DNA from: Alteracholeplasma palmae J233
GTDB taxonomy: Bacteria; Bacillota_I; Bacilli_A; Acholeplasmatales; Acholeplasmataceae
Reading direction: 5' to 3'
Assembly (NCBI RefSeq): GCF_000968055.1
Contig: NC_022538.1
Location: 755,499 to 779,498 of the forward strand
Length of the DNA stretch: 24,000 nucleotides
The notes under the pieces were generated by a model. The model searched no databases and was not told the DNA's origin. It saw only the letters and a list, made by a program, of their open reading frames with translations. The translations under genes and the position numbers were made by a program. Shown here in pieces: positions 1 to 8,870 of the stretch (position 1 is the stretch's first letter; each line of letters begins with the position of its first letter).

Positions 1-1
1 T

Positions 2-448
2 GAAATAGAAATTACAAGAACTGGAAAAGCAAATAATATTGCAGATTTAGTTAATCTATCTATATCAGGATATCAAATACAATTTGATCCAAAAATTAAA
101 ATGTATTCAGTAAATGTACCAAACAGTCTCAATGAATTAGTACTATCTGCTAATGCTAGCGAAACATCTAACATTGATGTTAGAGGATATAACCAAGGAA
201 AAGGAATTGTAACATCATCTATTAAGGACATTAAGACAGGTCAAAATGTTATTGTCATTGAAGTAACATCAGAAGATGGATTAACAAGTGAAATCTACAC
301 AATTACAGTTACAAAAGATGCCCCACAAGACTTCTTATTCCTAATCCTACTTATCGCAAGCTTACTATTATGGATTTTAACTATCCTTTATATCGCAGTT
401 AAGAGACAAAGAGAAAAAAATAAAGACAAAAACGAAGTTATATTCTAA
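2..448 (+). CDS. C-terminal part of a surface/membrane protein with a cadherin-like beta-sandwich domain and one C-terminal TM helix (5' truncated by window)
   Basis: Frame is open from base 2 (EIEITRTGKANNIADLVNLSISGYQIQFDPKIKMYSVNVP...), so the listed ORF start at 101 is internal. Pattern 'L.LSISGY...FDP....Y.V.VP' resembles cadherin-like beta-sandwich domains. TM stretch FLFLILLIASLLLWILTILYIAV followed by a basic tail. Confidence 0.7.
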   Translation, partial: EIEITRTGKANNIADLVNLSISGYQIQFDPKIKMYSVNVPNSLNELVLSANASETSNIDVRGYNQGKGIVTSSIKDIKTGQNVIVIEVTSEDGLTSEIYTITVTKDAPQDFLFLILLIASLLLWILTILYIAVKRQREKNKDKNEVIF

Positions 449-466
449 AACAAAAGGAGAAAAATA

Positions 467-1795
467 ATGATATATCTAACCTATGCAGAAAGAATGATTA
501 TAAGTCTATCAACAGTAGTTGTATTAGCTGTCCTTATCTTTATCTTCATCTTACTGTATAAAAAACAACGAATCAAAATGATAAAAACAAAAATGCTTAC
601 TATGAATGATGTCGTTAAATATAAACATTTCATGCCTTTTGTTAAGTACCAATTAAAACAAGAAGAAGATTTTTCAATTATCTTACTTCATGTGAATAAT
701 CTAGACATACTAGCAAAACAATATTCAAACTATATGGTAACTGCATACTTACGTAAACTTGCTAAAAACGTAAGTATGCACCTTACTTATGGTGCTAAAT
801 TAGCTCAAACGCCTCAAAGAGACTTATTTGCTATATACATACCAAAAGAAGAATCTTTAGATCTTCTTTTATTAGCATATAGTATGAAGGATGCTGCTAA
901 TGAAAATCTATATATTAAAAACGCAGTTGCTATTAAGAAAAATATCAGTATAGGATTTGCCATCAATGATAAAACAAATACGTATACTGAATTAATGGAT
1001 AAAGCAATGATGGCATTAGTACAATCTAAACGTCAGTTAGGTGAAGTTGTTTATTATGATGAAGATGTTGCGACCTCTATTATTGATTATAGAACAGTTG
1101 TTAGAAACCTACGCTTAACAACTACTCAATACAAATTATATGATACCTACATGCTTGCAACAGAAGAAATGAAAAACTATACACTTAAAGTAAAAGTGAA
1201 TCATTTAGAAGAAAAAGAATTCTTAAAACAAATCCCTTTAAAAGATCAAGGATGGGTTAACTTTTGGTTAATAGAAAATATTTTTAAAGAAATAACAAGT
1301 AAAAAGTTAAATGATGAATTAGAAATACCAGTGCTACTTAAGACTCTTGAATCTGAAAATATTGCAGAGGCAATTGAAAACTTATGCATAGCATACGAAA
1401 TAGACCCACAAGGAATCACTGTTAGTTTAATGGAAAGTGAAATTATAGCTTCGCAAAAAGTTGTAGAAAACATCTTAAAATTAAAAGAATTAGGTATGAC
1501 GATTGCTTATAATGTGACAAATATTTCACCTGAAATATACCACAGCATTCAAAGCTATCATGCAACCATTATCAACTTAACTAAAAAATTCATTGATGAA
1601 AATAAAGATGCTTTAGATGAACTATTATATTTTGCTAAATTCAATCATTTAGATATTTTAGTATCATCAAATGAAAACCTAGATAAAGTATATCTAGAAA
1701 ATTATCATGCTACATTATACTCAAAAGTATCTTCTAAAAATACCTTATTTATCGATAGAAAATCACAAAAAAGAGCAAAGGATGTTAAAAAATAA
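467..1795 (+). CDS. Membrane-anchored degenerate GGDEF-EAL-like protein
   Basis: N-terminal TM helix; GGDEF-like fold cues (ISIGFAIN..., ELMDKAMMALVQSKRQLGEVVYYDEDV) but QRDLF at the GG[DE]EF position; EAL-like C-terminus (ITVSLMESEII...ILKLKELGMTIAYNVTNIS) without EAL or DDFG motifs. Confidence 0.65.
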   Translation: MIYLTYAERMIISLSTVVVLAVLIFIFILLYKKQRIKMIKTKMLTMNDVVKYKHFMPFVKYQLKQEEDFSIILLHVNNLDILAKQYSNYMVTAYLRKLAKNVSMHLTYGAKLAQTPQRDLFAIYIPKEESLDLLLLAYSMKDAANENLYIKNAVAIKKNISIGFAINDKTNTYTELMDKAMMALVQSKRQLGEVVYYDEDVATSIIDYRTVVRNLRLTTTQYKLYDTYMLATEEMKNYTLKVKVNHLEEKEFLKQIPLKDQGWVNFWLIENIFKEITSKKLNDELEIPVLLKTLESENIAEAIENLCIAYEIDPQGITVSLMESEIIASQKVVENILKLKELGMTIAYNVTNISPEIYHSIQSYHATIINLTKKFIDENKDALDELLYFAKFNHLDILVSSNENLDKVYLENYHATLYSKVSSKNTLFIDRKSQKRAKDVKK

Positions 1796-1797
1796 TT

Positions 1798-3294
1798 ATG
1801 GAACATTTCTCACAATGGTTTATTGAGTTTTTCAAAAAACTCTCACAAGACTTATGGGCTCTTTTATCTGGATTTTTTAAAGGTATCTATAACTTATTTA
1901 TAGGAAACCCAATTAATTATTTCAAAGATTTTAACGTACAATCAAAAAACTTCACTGCAGGAGACTGGGCATTATCAATTATGTTTATTACCATCTTTTT
2001 TGTAGTAGTAGTTTTACTCTTATTAGTGATTTACCAAATCATTAAAAGATATATAAGATTTACTAAAATAGAACAAGATAAGATTGATTTATTACATAGA
2101 CAACATCAACTTGAATTAAGACTAAAAAATGGTTCTATTCAAGCAAAAAACTCATCTATTTTTAATTCAAATCCTAAATCTAAAAAAGAAGCTCAAAATA
2201 AAAAAGGCAACAGATTTGTTAAATTATCTAATATTGATGAAAAATATAAATATAGTGTTCTAGCAACGCCTATGCTAGAAGAAGAAAAATTAAGTTTACC
2301 TCAACTAGTCACTAGATTTAGAAATTATTCAGCTTATGAACATAAACTATTTTATACTGAAAAAACGATTGCTATCTTCTTAGCAGGTATGGCCACATCT
2401 AAAACAATGATTCTAGAAGGTATCTCAGGTACTGGTAAAACCTCTTTACCATATGCCTTTGGTAAATTTATTTCACACGATTCAAGCATCATTTCTGTTC
2501 AGCCATCTTGGCGTGATAGATTTGAAATGATGGGATATTTAAATGAATTTACTAAAAAATTCAATGAAACTGAATTCTTAAGATCAGTCTATGAATCACT
2601 CTATAGAACAGATATTAATCTAATCGTATTAGATGAAATGAACCTTGCCAGAGTTGAATACTATTTCGCTGACTTTTTATCATTACTTGAACTTCCAAAT
2701 CCTGATGAATGGTTATTAGATTTAATCCCTGAACAAATTGTTGGGGATCCAGTTCAACTTAAAGAAGGTAAAATTAAAATTGCTCAAAACATCTGGTTTA
2801 TAGGAACAGCTAATAAAGATGACTCAACATTTGCAATTACTGATAAAGTATATGATAGAGCAGCTTCAATTGAAATGAATGATAAAGCACAAAGATTTGA
2901 TGCCCCTGAAACTAAGGCAATGAACCTTTCTTTTGACTACTTACAAAACCTATTTACTCAAGCAGAACAAAACCATTTTATTTCACCTAGTAATTTAGAT
3001 GCATTAGTAAAATTAGACACATATATTACTGAAAAGTTTGAGATTACATTTGGTAATCGTATTATGAAACAACTTAATACCTTTGTCCCAGTCTTCATGG
3101 CTTGTGGACAAGAAGAAGTAACTGGAATTGACTATATTATTGCTCGTAAAATTATCCGTAAGTTTGAAACACTTAACTTACCATTCTTACAAAAAGAATT
3201 ACAAGACCTTCTCCTTTTATGCGATAAACTATTTGGAAAAGATAAACTCATTGAAACTAAGAAATTAGTCAATAAATTCTTAAGACAAGTCTAG
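1798..3294 (+). CDS. AAA+ ATPase of the MoxR/McrB (dynein-related AAA_5) type with N-terminal TM helix
   Basis: TM segment near residues 40-65; Walker A GISGTGKTSLP; Walker B LIVLDEMNLARVEYYFADFLSLLE; sensor-like WFIGTANKDDSTFAITDKVYDRA. Starts 2 nt after the upstream stop. Confidence 0.8.
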   Translation: MEHFSQWFIEFFKKLSQDLWALLSGFFKGIYNLFIGNPINYFKDFNVQSKNFTAGDWALSIMFITIFFVVVVLLLLVIYQIIKRYIRFTKIEQDKIDLLHRQHQLELRLKNGSIQAKNSSIFNSNPKSKKEAQNKKGNRFVKLSNIDEKYKYSVLATPMLEEEKLSLPQLVTRFRNYSAYEHKLFYTEKTIAIFLAGMATSKTMILEGISGTGKTSLPYAFGKFISHDSSIISVQPSWRDRFEMMGYLNEFTKKFNETEFLRSVYESLYRTDINLIVLDEMNLARVEYYFADFLSLLELPNPDEWLLDLIPEQIVGDPVQLKEGKIKIAQNIWFIGTANKDDSTFAITDKVYDRAASIEMNDKAQRFDAPETKAMNLSFDYLQNLFTQAEQNHFISPSNLDALVKLDTYITEKFEITFGNRIMKQLNTFVPVFMACGQEEVTGIDYIIARKIIRKFETLNLPFLQKELQDLLLLCDKLFGKDKLIETKKLVNKFLRQV

Positions 3295-3302
3295 GTTAAA
3301 TT

Positions 3303-5093
3303 ATGAAACGTAAATATGATTCAGAATTATTCTTAGAAAAAGTAAGTAATTCAATTGAAGAGCATGAACTTAATTTAGATTTTCCAGAAGTTTTTTATGA
3401 TGCCTTAACAGAAGGTAGTGCCAAAAGAAAACAAAGACAACATTTTGAATATAAAAAATTTGATGATGCGTGGCTAAAAAATATAGAAGCTTATTTTCCT
3501 AGTATTGATAGAATTACTAGAAATCTTAAATCGACTTTAAGATATGAAAGTGAAATCTTACCAATTGAAAAAACTAGAAAAACTAATCCAGAATCTATTA
3601 GACACTTAACTCAAAATACAAGATATATCAAAGAAATCAACGAAGATGATGAAATCATCCCAGAAAAAGTATTAAACATATTATCTGAAATAGAATATGG
3701 AATCTATGAAAATAGATTTATTATGACACTTATTTTCAGATTAAAAGATTATTTATATAACCGTCTTAAAGTCATTAAAGAACAAATGCATGGATTTAAA
3801 GAAACAACATTTGAATTATCAAATGATTTTTCGTTTAATCATGCAGATTATGAATTAGAAGTAAATCTTAAAGCCAAAGAAACAATTGATTCTAATAAAG
3901 AAGATGACCATAATAAAAGTGTTTTAGAAAGAACAGAAAGACTCTATCAACTTGTCTCTAGATTAATTAACAGTGAATTTATGCAAGTAATGAAAAAGTA
4001 TAAAAAAGTTAAACCGCCTATTATGAAAACACAAATCATCTTAAAGAACCCAGACTTTAGAAATGCCTATATGCTTTGGTTATACTTAGATAAAACACAT
4101 ATCTTAGATTATGAACTACAAACAGAAACAAAACAAAAAAGATTTACCCAAGAATACTACAATCATCTTAACCAAAGCTTACTTGTATTATTCTCAACAA
4201 TCTTTACTTACAGTGAGTTAGGTAGTGAAATAACAGATGATAAATTATTTACTTCATTAAAAAAAGCTAAAGAAGAATTAACATATGCTAGTAATCTAGA
4301 TACTAATATCCCTATTCATGATATAGAACCACAAGAAGCAACCGAATTCTATTTAAGAAAAGCTAGAACCTTATTTAATAAACATTACCAACAAATTATT
4401 GATAATAAGAACCCTCAACAAACAAGCGTTAAACAAGTTTTAATGGAACAATATAAACTAGTTGATCAAATATACCAAGACTACTTTGAGATTAATCAAG
4501 ACAGTGATGTTTTCTCACAACTTATTATGTATAAAGATCCAGTTAAAGCTTATGATGAGGCAAAAACGAGATACGATGTAGCAAAGGCTGCTAGACAGCT
4601 TAAAGAACAAATGTATCATGAGTCCTTAGAACTTGAAAACAAATGGATTGATGAGGTCAACAAACGTCAAGAATTCGCGATTAATGAATTACAAGCTGAA
4701 TTAACTTCTGTAACAAGTAAACAAATTGAAGAAATTCAAAAGAAAACTAAAAAAGAAGAAACTCAGTATGAAAAGAAATTAAATAAAGATAGAAAAGTAG
4801 CACTTAATAAACAAAAAGTACTTACAGATATTAAGTACCGTGAAATTAAACTTAAGTATGATGCTGATTTGAAGAAGTATAAAGAAAAAGAAAAACTAAG
4901 ACTTCAAAAAGAGAAAGAAAAATTAGCGTTAAAACTTAAAAAAGAAAAAGAAAGATTAAGAGTTAAGGCAACAAAAGAAAAATTAAGAGATAAAGAAATG
5001 CTTCAAGTGAGAAAAGATAATAAATTAAAGGCATATAAAGAAAAAATAGATGCACAAAAAAAGAAAGTTTCTAAAAACAATAAACAAAACTAG
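3303..5093 (+). CDS. Conserved hypothetical protein with long charged C-terminal coiled coil
   Basis: 596-aa ORF 8 nt after the AAA+ gene; C-terminal ~150 residues are K/E-rich heptad-like (KYKEKEKLRLQKEKEKLALKLKKEKERLRVKATKEK...). Confidence 0.75.
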   Translation: MKRKYDSELFLEKVSNSIEEHELNLDFPEVFYDALTEGSAKRKQRQHFEYKKFDDAWLKNIEAYFPSIDRITRNLKSTLRYESEILPIEKTRKTNPESIRHLTQNTRYIKEINEDDEIIPEKVLNILSEIEYGIYENRFIMTLIFRLKDYLYNRLKVIKEQMHGFKETTFELSNDFSFNHADYELEVNLKAKETIDSNKEDDHNKSVLERTERLYQLVSRLINSEFMQVMKKYKKVKPPIMKTQIILKNPDFRNAYMLWLYLDKTHILDYELQTETKQKRFTQEYYNHLNQSLLVLFSTIFTYSELGSEITDDKLFTSLKKAKEELTYASNLDTNIPIHDIEPQEATEFYLRKARTLFNKHYQQIIDNKNPQQTSVKQVLMEQYKLVDQIYQDYFEINQDSDVFSQLIMYKDPVKAYDEAKTRYDVAKAARQLKEQMYHESLELENKWIDEVNKRQEFAINELQAELTSVTSKQIEEIQKKTKKEETQYEKKLNKDRKVALNKQKVLTDIKYREIKLKYDADLKKYKEKEKLRLQKEKEKLALKLKKEKERLRVKATKEKLRDKEMLQVRKDNKLKAYKEKIDAQKKKVSKNNKQN

Positions 5094-5115
5094 ACAAAAG
5101 AGCCTTATTATCTAG

Positions 5116-5143
5116 TTGAAAAGTAGTTTAATTATGATACAAT
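5116..5143 (+). promoter_or_regulatory. Candidate promoter for a very short transcript
   Basis: TTGAAA (5116-5121), 16-nt spacer, TACAAT (5138-5143) with extended -10 TG (TGATACAAT). Confidence 0.45.
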
Positions 5144-5168
5144 ACATATGAAAAGTCTTAATATACGA

Positions 5169-5202
5169 AAGAGCAAGGATGAGGGTCCTTGCTTTTTCTT
5201 TT
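5169..5202 (+). terminator. Rho-independent terminator
   Basis: Stem AGCAAGGA (5172-5179) / TCCTTGCT (5186-5193), loop TGAGGG, followed by a T-rich tract. Confidence 0.75.
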
Positions 5203-5294
5203 AAACTTATCTGATAATATATTTAAGTTAAATAATAAAAGAAAATTAATCAAGCGATTTAGTTTTTAGATTAGTAAATAAACTATACAAAAAT

Positions 5295-5323
5295 TTGACA
5301 AAAGCTCTAAGAACATATATACT
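5295..5323 (+). promoter_or_regulatory. Consensus sigma-A type promoter of the RloA/RloB-like operon
   Basis: TTGACA (5295-5300), 17-nt spacer, TATACT (5318-5323), 38 nt upstream of the ATG at 5361 that carries its own RBS. Confidence 0.75.
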
Positions 5324-5360
5324 ATTAGTGATGGATATTTTATCCAAGGAGGTATTTGCG

Positions 5361-6644
5361 ATGATTTTAAGTTTTGCTGTTAAAAACTATAAGTCAATTA
5401 AAGATTTATTAATATTAGACTTTACAACTGAAAAAAGTGAAGTTCAACCTAAGTTTGAAGCATTAGTAAAAAAAGAACAAGGACAATTAGTTACAAGGCT
5501 TAATTTTTTATATGGAAAGAATGGTTCAGGAAAAAGTAGTATAGTAGATGCATTAAAAGCATTATGTAAATTAGGAATATCAGATAACAATAAAACATCT
5601 GAGTCTGAGAAATTGATCATTAAGCCGTTTAAATTTTTAGAAGTTCTAGAAAGTAAAACCTTTTTTACATTATTGTTTGTAAACAACCAAAAAAAATATA
5701 GATACTCAGTTAGTTATGATGTTAATAAAGAAATAATTGATGATGAGCAGTTGAAATATATTGAAGATGATAAGGAAATAATCATTTTTTCAAAGTTAGA
5801 AGATCAATTTTTAAATTTGAATCAATCAGAATTAGAGAGATTAAAAACTTATAAATTAGAAAAAAACAGCATTTTAAGAACCCTCAGTAAAGAAATAGAA
5901 ATATCTAATATTAATATAAAAGCACATATAGATAATGTGTTTTCCTTTATAAACAAAATATATTTTAACTTTACTAAACTTAATTCAACGCAGAGTATTA
6001 AGCAATTAATAAATAATCCTAAAAAATTAAATGAAATTAAAAGTAAAATTAAAAAATTTGATTTAACTATTTCAGATATTAAAGTTGAAGAAAAAGATAT
6101 AAATCGTGAAGAATTTAACAGTAAATATAGTTCTTTTTTTGATGAATCTGATGAACAAATTAACAAAAGTCTTAGAAAAGTAATAGACACATTTTATGAA
6201 TTACAAAAATATAATTTAGAAATTATGCACGATCAAAATGGATTAAATTACCAAGAAGAATCAAAAGGAACGCAAAGAGCCTTAGACATTTTATTCTCAG
6301 TTTACAACATTGATTCAGGAGTTTTTATTATTGATGATTTTGAAAATGATTTACACTCTAAAAGTGCTCAAGAATTAGTTAAGTATCTCGCAAAAGAATT
6401 TATTACTCACCAATTCCTTTTTGTTACTCACGATCTAGAAATGCTAGACTTAAAAGAAGTCAAATTTAAACCACTGCACTTTTTTGCAGAAAGAGATACT
6501 AAAGATTTTTCAACAACAATAGAACGATTAACTACTTTTAAAGATTTAAGAAGCGATAGTAGAAATAGTTGGAAGAATTTTTATGAAAATCATAGACTCA
6601 CCCAATTTCCTAATATTAGCATTAATGATAAGGATGGTTTTTAA
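5361..6644 (+). CDS. AAA family ATPase, RloA/AbiLi-like
   Basis: AAGGAGGT RBS at 5346-5353 precedes ATG 5361 (MILSFAVKNYKSIKDLLILDF). Walker A LYGKNGSGKSSIVDALKAL; Walker B-like GVFIIDDFENDLHSKSAQELVKYL; H motif FLFVTHDLEML. The longer listed ORF begins with TTG inside the -35 box. Confidence 0.8.
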   Translation: MILSFAVKNYKSIKDLLILDFTTEKSEVQPKFEALVKKEQGQLVTRLNFLYGKNGSGKSSIVDALKALCKLGISDNNKTSESEKLIIKPFKFLEVLESKTFFTLLFVNNQKKYRYSVSYDVNKEIIDDEQLKYIEDDKEIIIFSKLEDQFLNLNQSELERLKTYKLEKNSILRTLSKEIEISNINIKAHIDNVFSFINKIYFNFTKLNSTQSIKQLINNPKKLNEIKSKIKKFDLTISDIKVEEKDINREEFNSKYSSFFDESDEQINKSLRKVIDTFYELQKYNLEIMHDQNGLNYQEESKGTQRALDILFSVYNIDSGVFIIDDFENDLHSKSAQELVKYLAKEFITHQFLFVTHDLEMLDLKEVKFKPLHFFAERDTKDFSTTIERLTTFKDLRSDSRNSWKNFYENHRLTQFPNISINDKDGF

Positions 6645-7453
6645 TGAATGATCTTATTAACAGTGTTGAAAAATACAAAAATAACAAGATTAGAACAACT
6701 AAAAGAATCCATGTATTTTATGAAGGCAGAGTAACTGAAAAAGATTTAATTGAATTATTTAATAAAGAGATGACTAGGCTCAATATTAAAGAAGATATTT
6801 TAAGTTTTATCGATATTAATGTTTCTAGTGAACCCAATAACGATTTAAATTATATTATTAAAACAGTTAATAAAAAAAAGAGTTATACCAATACAAGCGG
6901 TAATCAAATCTATTTTTATAAAGGAGACTATGTTTTATATTTACATGATTTTGATATCTACCATGATTACAGAGACTCAAAAAATGAAGCAAATGAAAAC
7001 AGAGTTAAAACAGCTATTAGGAATTTTGATATTAAATTTAAAGAAGTTAATCAAAATAAAAAAATAACTTTCTTAATTATTCCCAGTTTTCCATCAATAG
7101 AGTATCCTATAGCATTAGGATGTATAGCAACTGAAGAACTTAGAAGCATTAATATTTCTAACAAGCAAGATTGTATTGCTTATATTAACCAAAAAACAAA
7201 ATTTAGAATAACAGAAAAAGTAAAAGATTTCACAAATGTACTTTTAAGCAGAGCTTATTCACATGATAGAATGATATTTAACTGTAGTTTTGATAGAGTT
7301 AATAAAAAACTACTACAAAATTTAAAAGAATTTAATTCAGAACTATTAGCAAATGGTATAGATAAGTTTGTAGCAAATAGAAATAGGTCTTTTTCATATC
7401 TAGATGGAATAGTGGGAATTATTAATGATTTCTATATGAGTATTACTAAATAG
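6644..7453 (+). CDS. RloB-like protein (partner of the upstream ATPase)
   Basis: TAATG overlap with the ATPase stop; N-terminal RIHVFYEGRVTEKDLIELF matches the RloB/Toprim-like 'EG..TE' signature; VLYLHDFDIY acidic motif; fixed pairing with a RloA-like ATPase. Confidence 0.65.
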   Translation: MNDLINSVEKYKNNKIRTTKRIHVFYEGRVTEKDLIELFNKEMTRLNIKEDILSFIDINVSSEPNNDLNYIIKTVNKKKSYTNTSGNQIYFYKGDYVLYLHDFDIYHDYRDSKNEANENRVKTAIRNFDIKFKEVNQNKKITFLIIPSFPSIEYPIALGCIATEELRSINISNKQDCIAYINQKTKFRITEKVKDFTNVLLSRAYSHDRMIFNCSFDRVNKKLLQNLKEFNSELLANGIDKFVANRNRSFSYLDGIVGIINDFYMSITK

Positions 7454-7523
7454 TTCTTTTATGATGAACTTAACATTCCACTTGTTAATTTATTATGTAA
7501 AGAGTAAGTATGACAACTTTAAG

Positions 7524-7554
7524 AACAAGTATATATTTTATGCTTGTTTTTTCT
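7524..7554 (+). terminator. Rho-independent terminator after the RloB-like gene
   Basis: AACAAGTATA (7524-7533) / TATGCTTGTT (7539-7548), one G:U pair, 5-nt loop, T-rich tail. Confidence 0.65.
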
Positions 7555-7634
7555 TTAAAATACAAAAGATTTAAATTAATATAATATATATATGAATTAT
7601 GGTAAAATTTATGTAATAGTAGGAGGTTTACAAT

Positions 7635-8846
7635 ATGGCAATCAGACATTCTTTAAAAATGAAAAAAGTTACAATTGAATATTTAGACCAATATAACGAA
7701 TTACTAAGATATGTATTTCAAGTGACTAATAGAGATTTAACACAGACTGGTTGGCAAGAAGATGAAATACTAAAAGATAAAACACCAGCACTTGAAAAAT
7801 CAAATGTTATTGGATGGTTTGATCAAGATAAATTAGTTTCTCAAATTGCTATTTACGACTTTAATGTTAGAATTTATGGTAAAACCTTTAAAATGGCAGG
7901 AGTAACTGGAGTTGGTACTTTTCCAGAATACTCAAATAAAGGGCTTATGCAAAAACTCATCTATCAAGCATTAGTTGAAATGAGAGACAAAAAACAAACG
8001 ATCGCTTACTTATTCCCATATTCAATTCCATACTATAGAAAAAAAGGATGGGAACTCATTTCAAATAAAATAAGTTATGAAATTAGTGACTACCAATTAC
8101 CTAAATATAAGAAAGTCTTAGGAGATGTTGTTAGAGTTGATCCTGAAGGAGAAGAAATAAGACAAGCTTATGAGTCATTTTCTATGCAAACTCATGGTGC
8201 TCTTTTAAGAGATGATATCGCTTGGAGTGAGTATTACCGTTGGGATAGACCAGATATCATGGCAGCTATTTATTATAGTGAGAAAGAAAAAATAGAAGGG
8301 GCATTGATTTATTATATAGATAACGAAATCTTTTATATTAAAGAAATGTTTTTCCTAAATGAAGATGCTAGAACTGCTTTATGGAATTTTATTAGTGCAC
8401 ACTTTTCTATGATTAGCAAAGTTAAAGGTGATACTTATACAAATGAACTCTTATCTTTCTTATTAGAAGATGCTGATATTAAAGAAACCATCTCACCATA
8501 TTTTATGGCAAGAATTGTTGATGTGACAGATTTTATTGAAGCCTATCCATTTAAACAAGATACACATGATAGAAAATGGATTTTCAACTTACAAGATCCC
8601 CTTTTAGAATGGAATACAGGAACATTTGAGTTAACTATTACAAAAAAAGGTAAAGCTAAAATAACAAAAGTGAATATAAAGACAGAAGACTCAATTGACA
8701 TACAGTCACTTACTACCATGCTTTTAGGTTATAAACGACCTGAATACTTAAAACAAATTAGAAGAATTGTTGCTAGTGATGAAACAATAGATATGTTAGA
8801 AGATGCAATTGAACAACAAGAACCTTATTTTTCAGACTATTTTTAA
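7635..8846 (+). CDS. GNAT family N-acetyltransferase, Eis-like
   Basis: RBS AGGAGG at 7621; GVTGVGTFPEYSNKGLMQKLIYQAL acetyl-CoA binding loop pattern; FPYSIPYYRKKGWELIS; about 400 aa with C-terminal sterol-carrier-like region. Confidence 0.75.
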   Translation: MAIRHSLKMKKVTIEYLDQYNELLRYVFQVTNRDLTQTGWQEDEILKDKTPALEKSNVIGWFDQDKLVSQIAIYDFNVRIYGKTFKMAGVTGVGTFPEYSNKGLMQKLIYQALVEMRDKKQTIAYLFPYSIPYYRKKGWELISNKISYEISDYQLPKYKKVLGDVVRVDPEGEEIRQAYESFSMQTHGALLRDDIAWSEYYRWDRPDIMAAIYYSEKEKIEGALIYYIDNEIFYIKEMFFLNEDARTALWNFISAHFSMISKVKGDTYTNELLSFLLEDADIKETISPYFMARIVDVTDFIEAYPFKQDTHDRKWIFNLQDPLLEWNTGTFELTITKKGKAKITKVNIKTEDSIDIQSLTTMLLGYKRPEYLKQIRRIVASDETIDMLEDAIEQQEPYFSDYF

Positions 8847-8870
8847 AATTTAAAACAAAGAGAGGCATTT

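Noticed and set aside
1246-1473. Antisense ORF of 75 aa inside the degenerate GGDEF/EAL gene
   Set aside because: Fully within a well-supported CDS, no RBS or recognisable motif; chance open frame in AT-rich sequence.
5295-5360. N-terminal extension (MTKALRTYILLVMDILSKEVFA) of the RloA-like ATPase
   Set aside because: The TTG start coincides with the -35 box of a consensus promoter and the -10 lies inside the extension; ATG 5361 has the RBS and the conserved N-terminus.
5444-6190. Antisense ORFs of 80 and 113 aa opposite the RloA-like ATPase gene
   Set aside because: Low-complexity hydrophobic translations mirroring a good CDS; no independent support.
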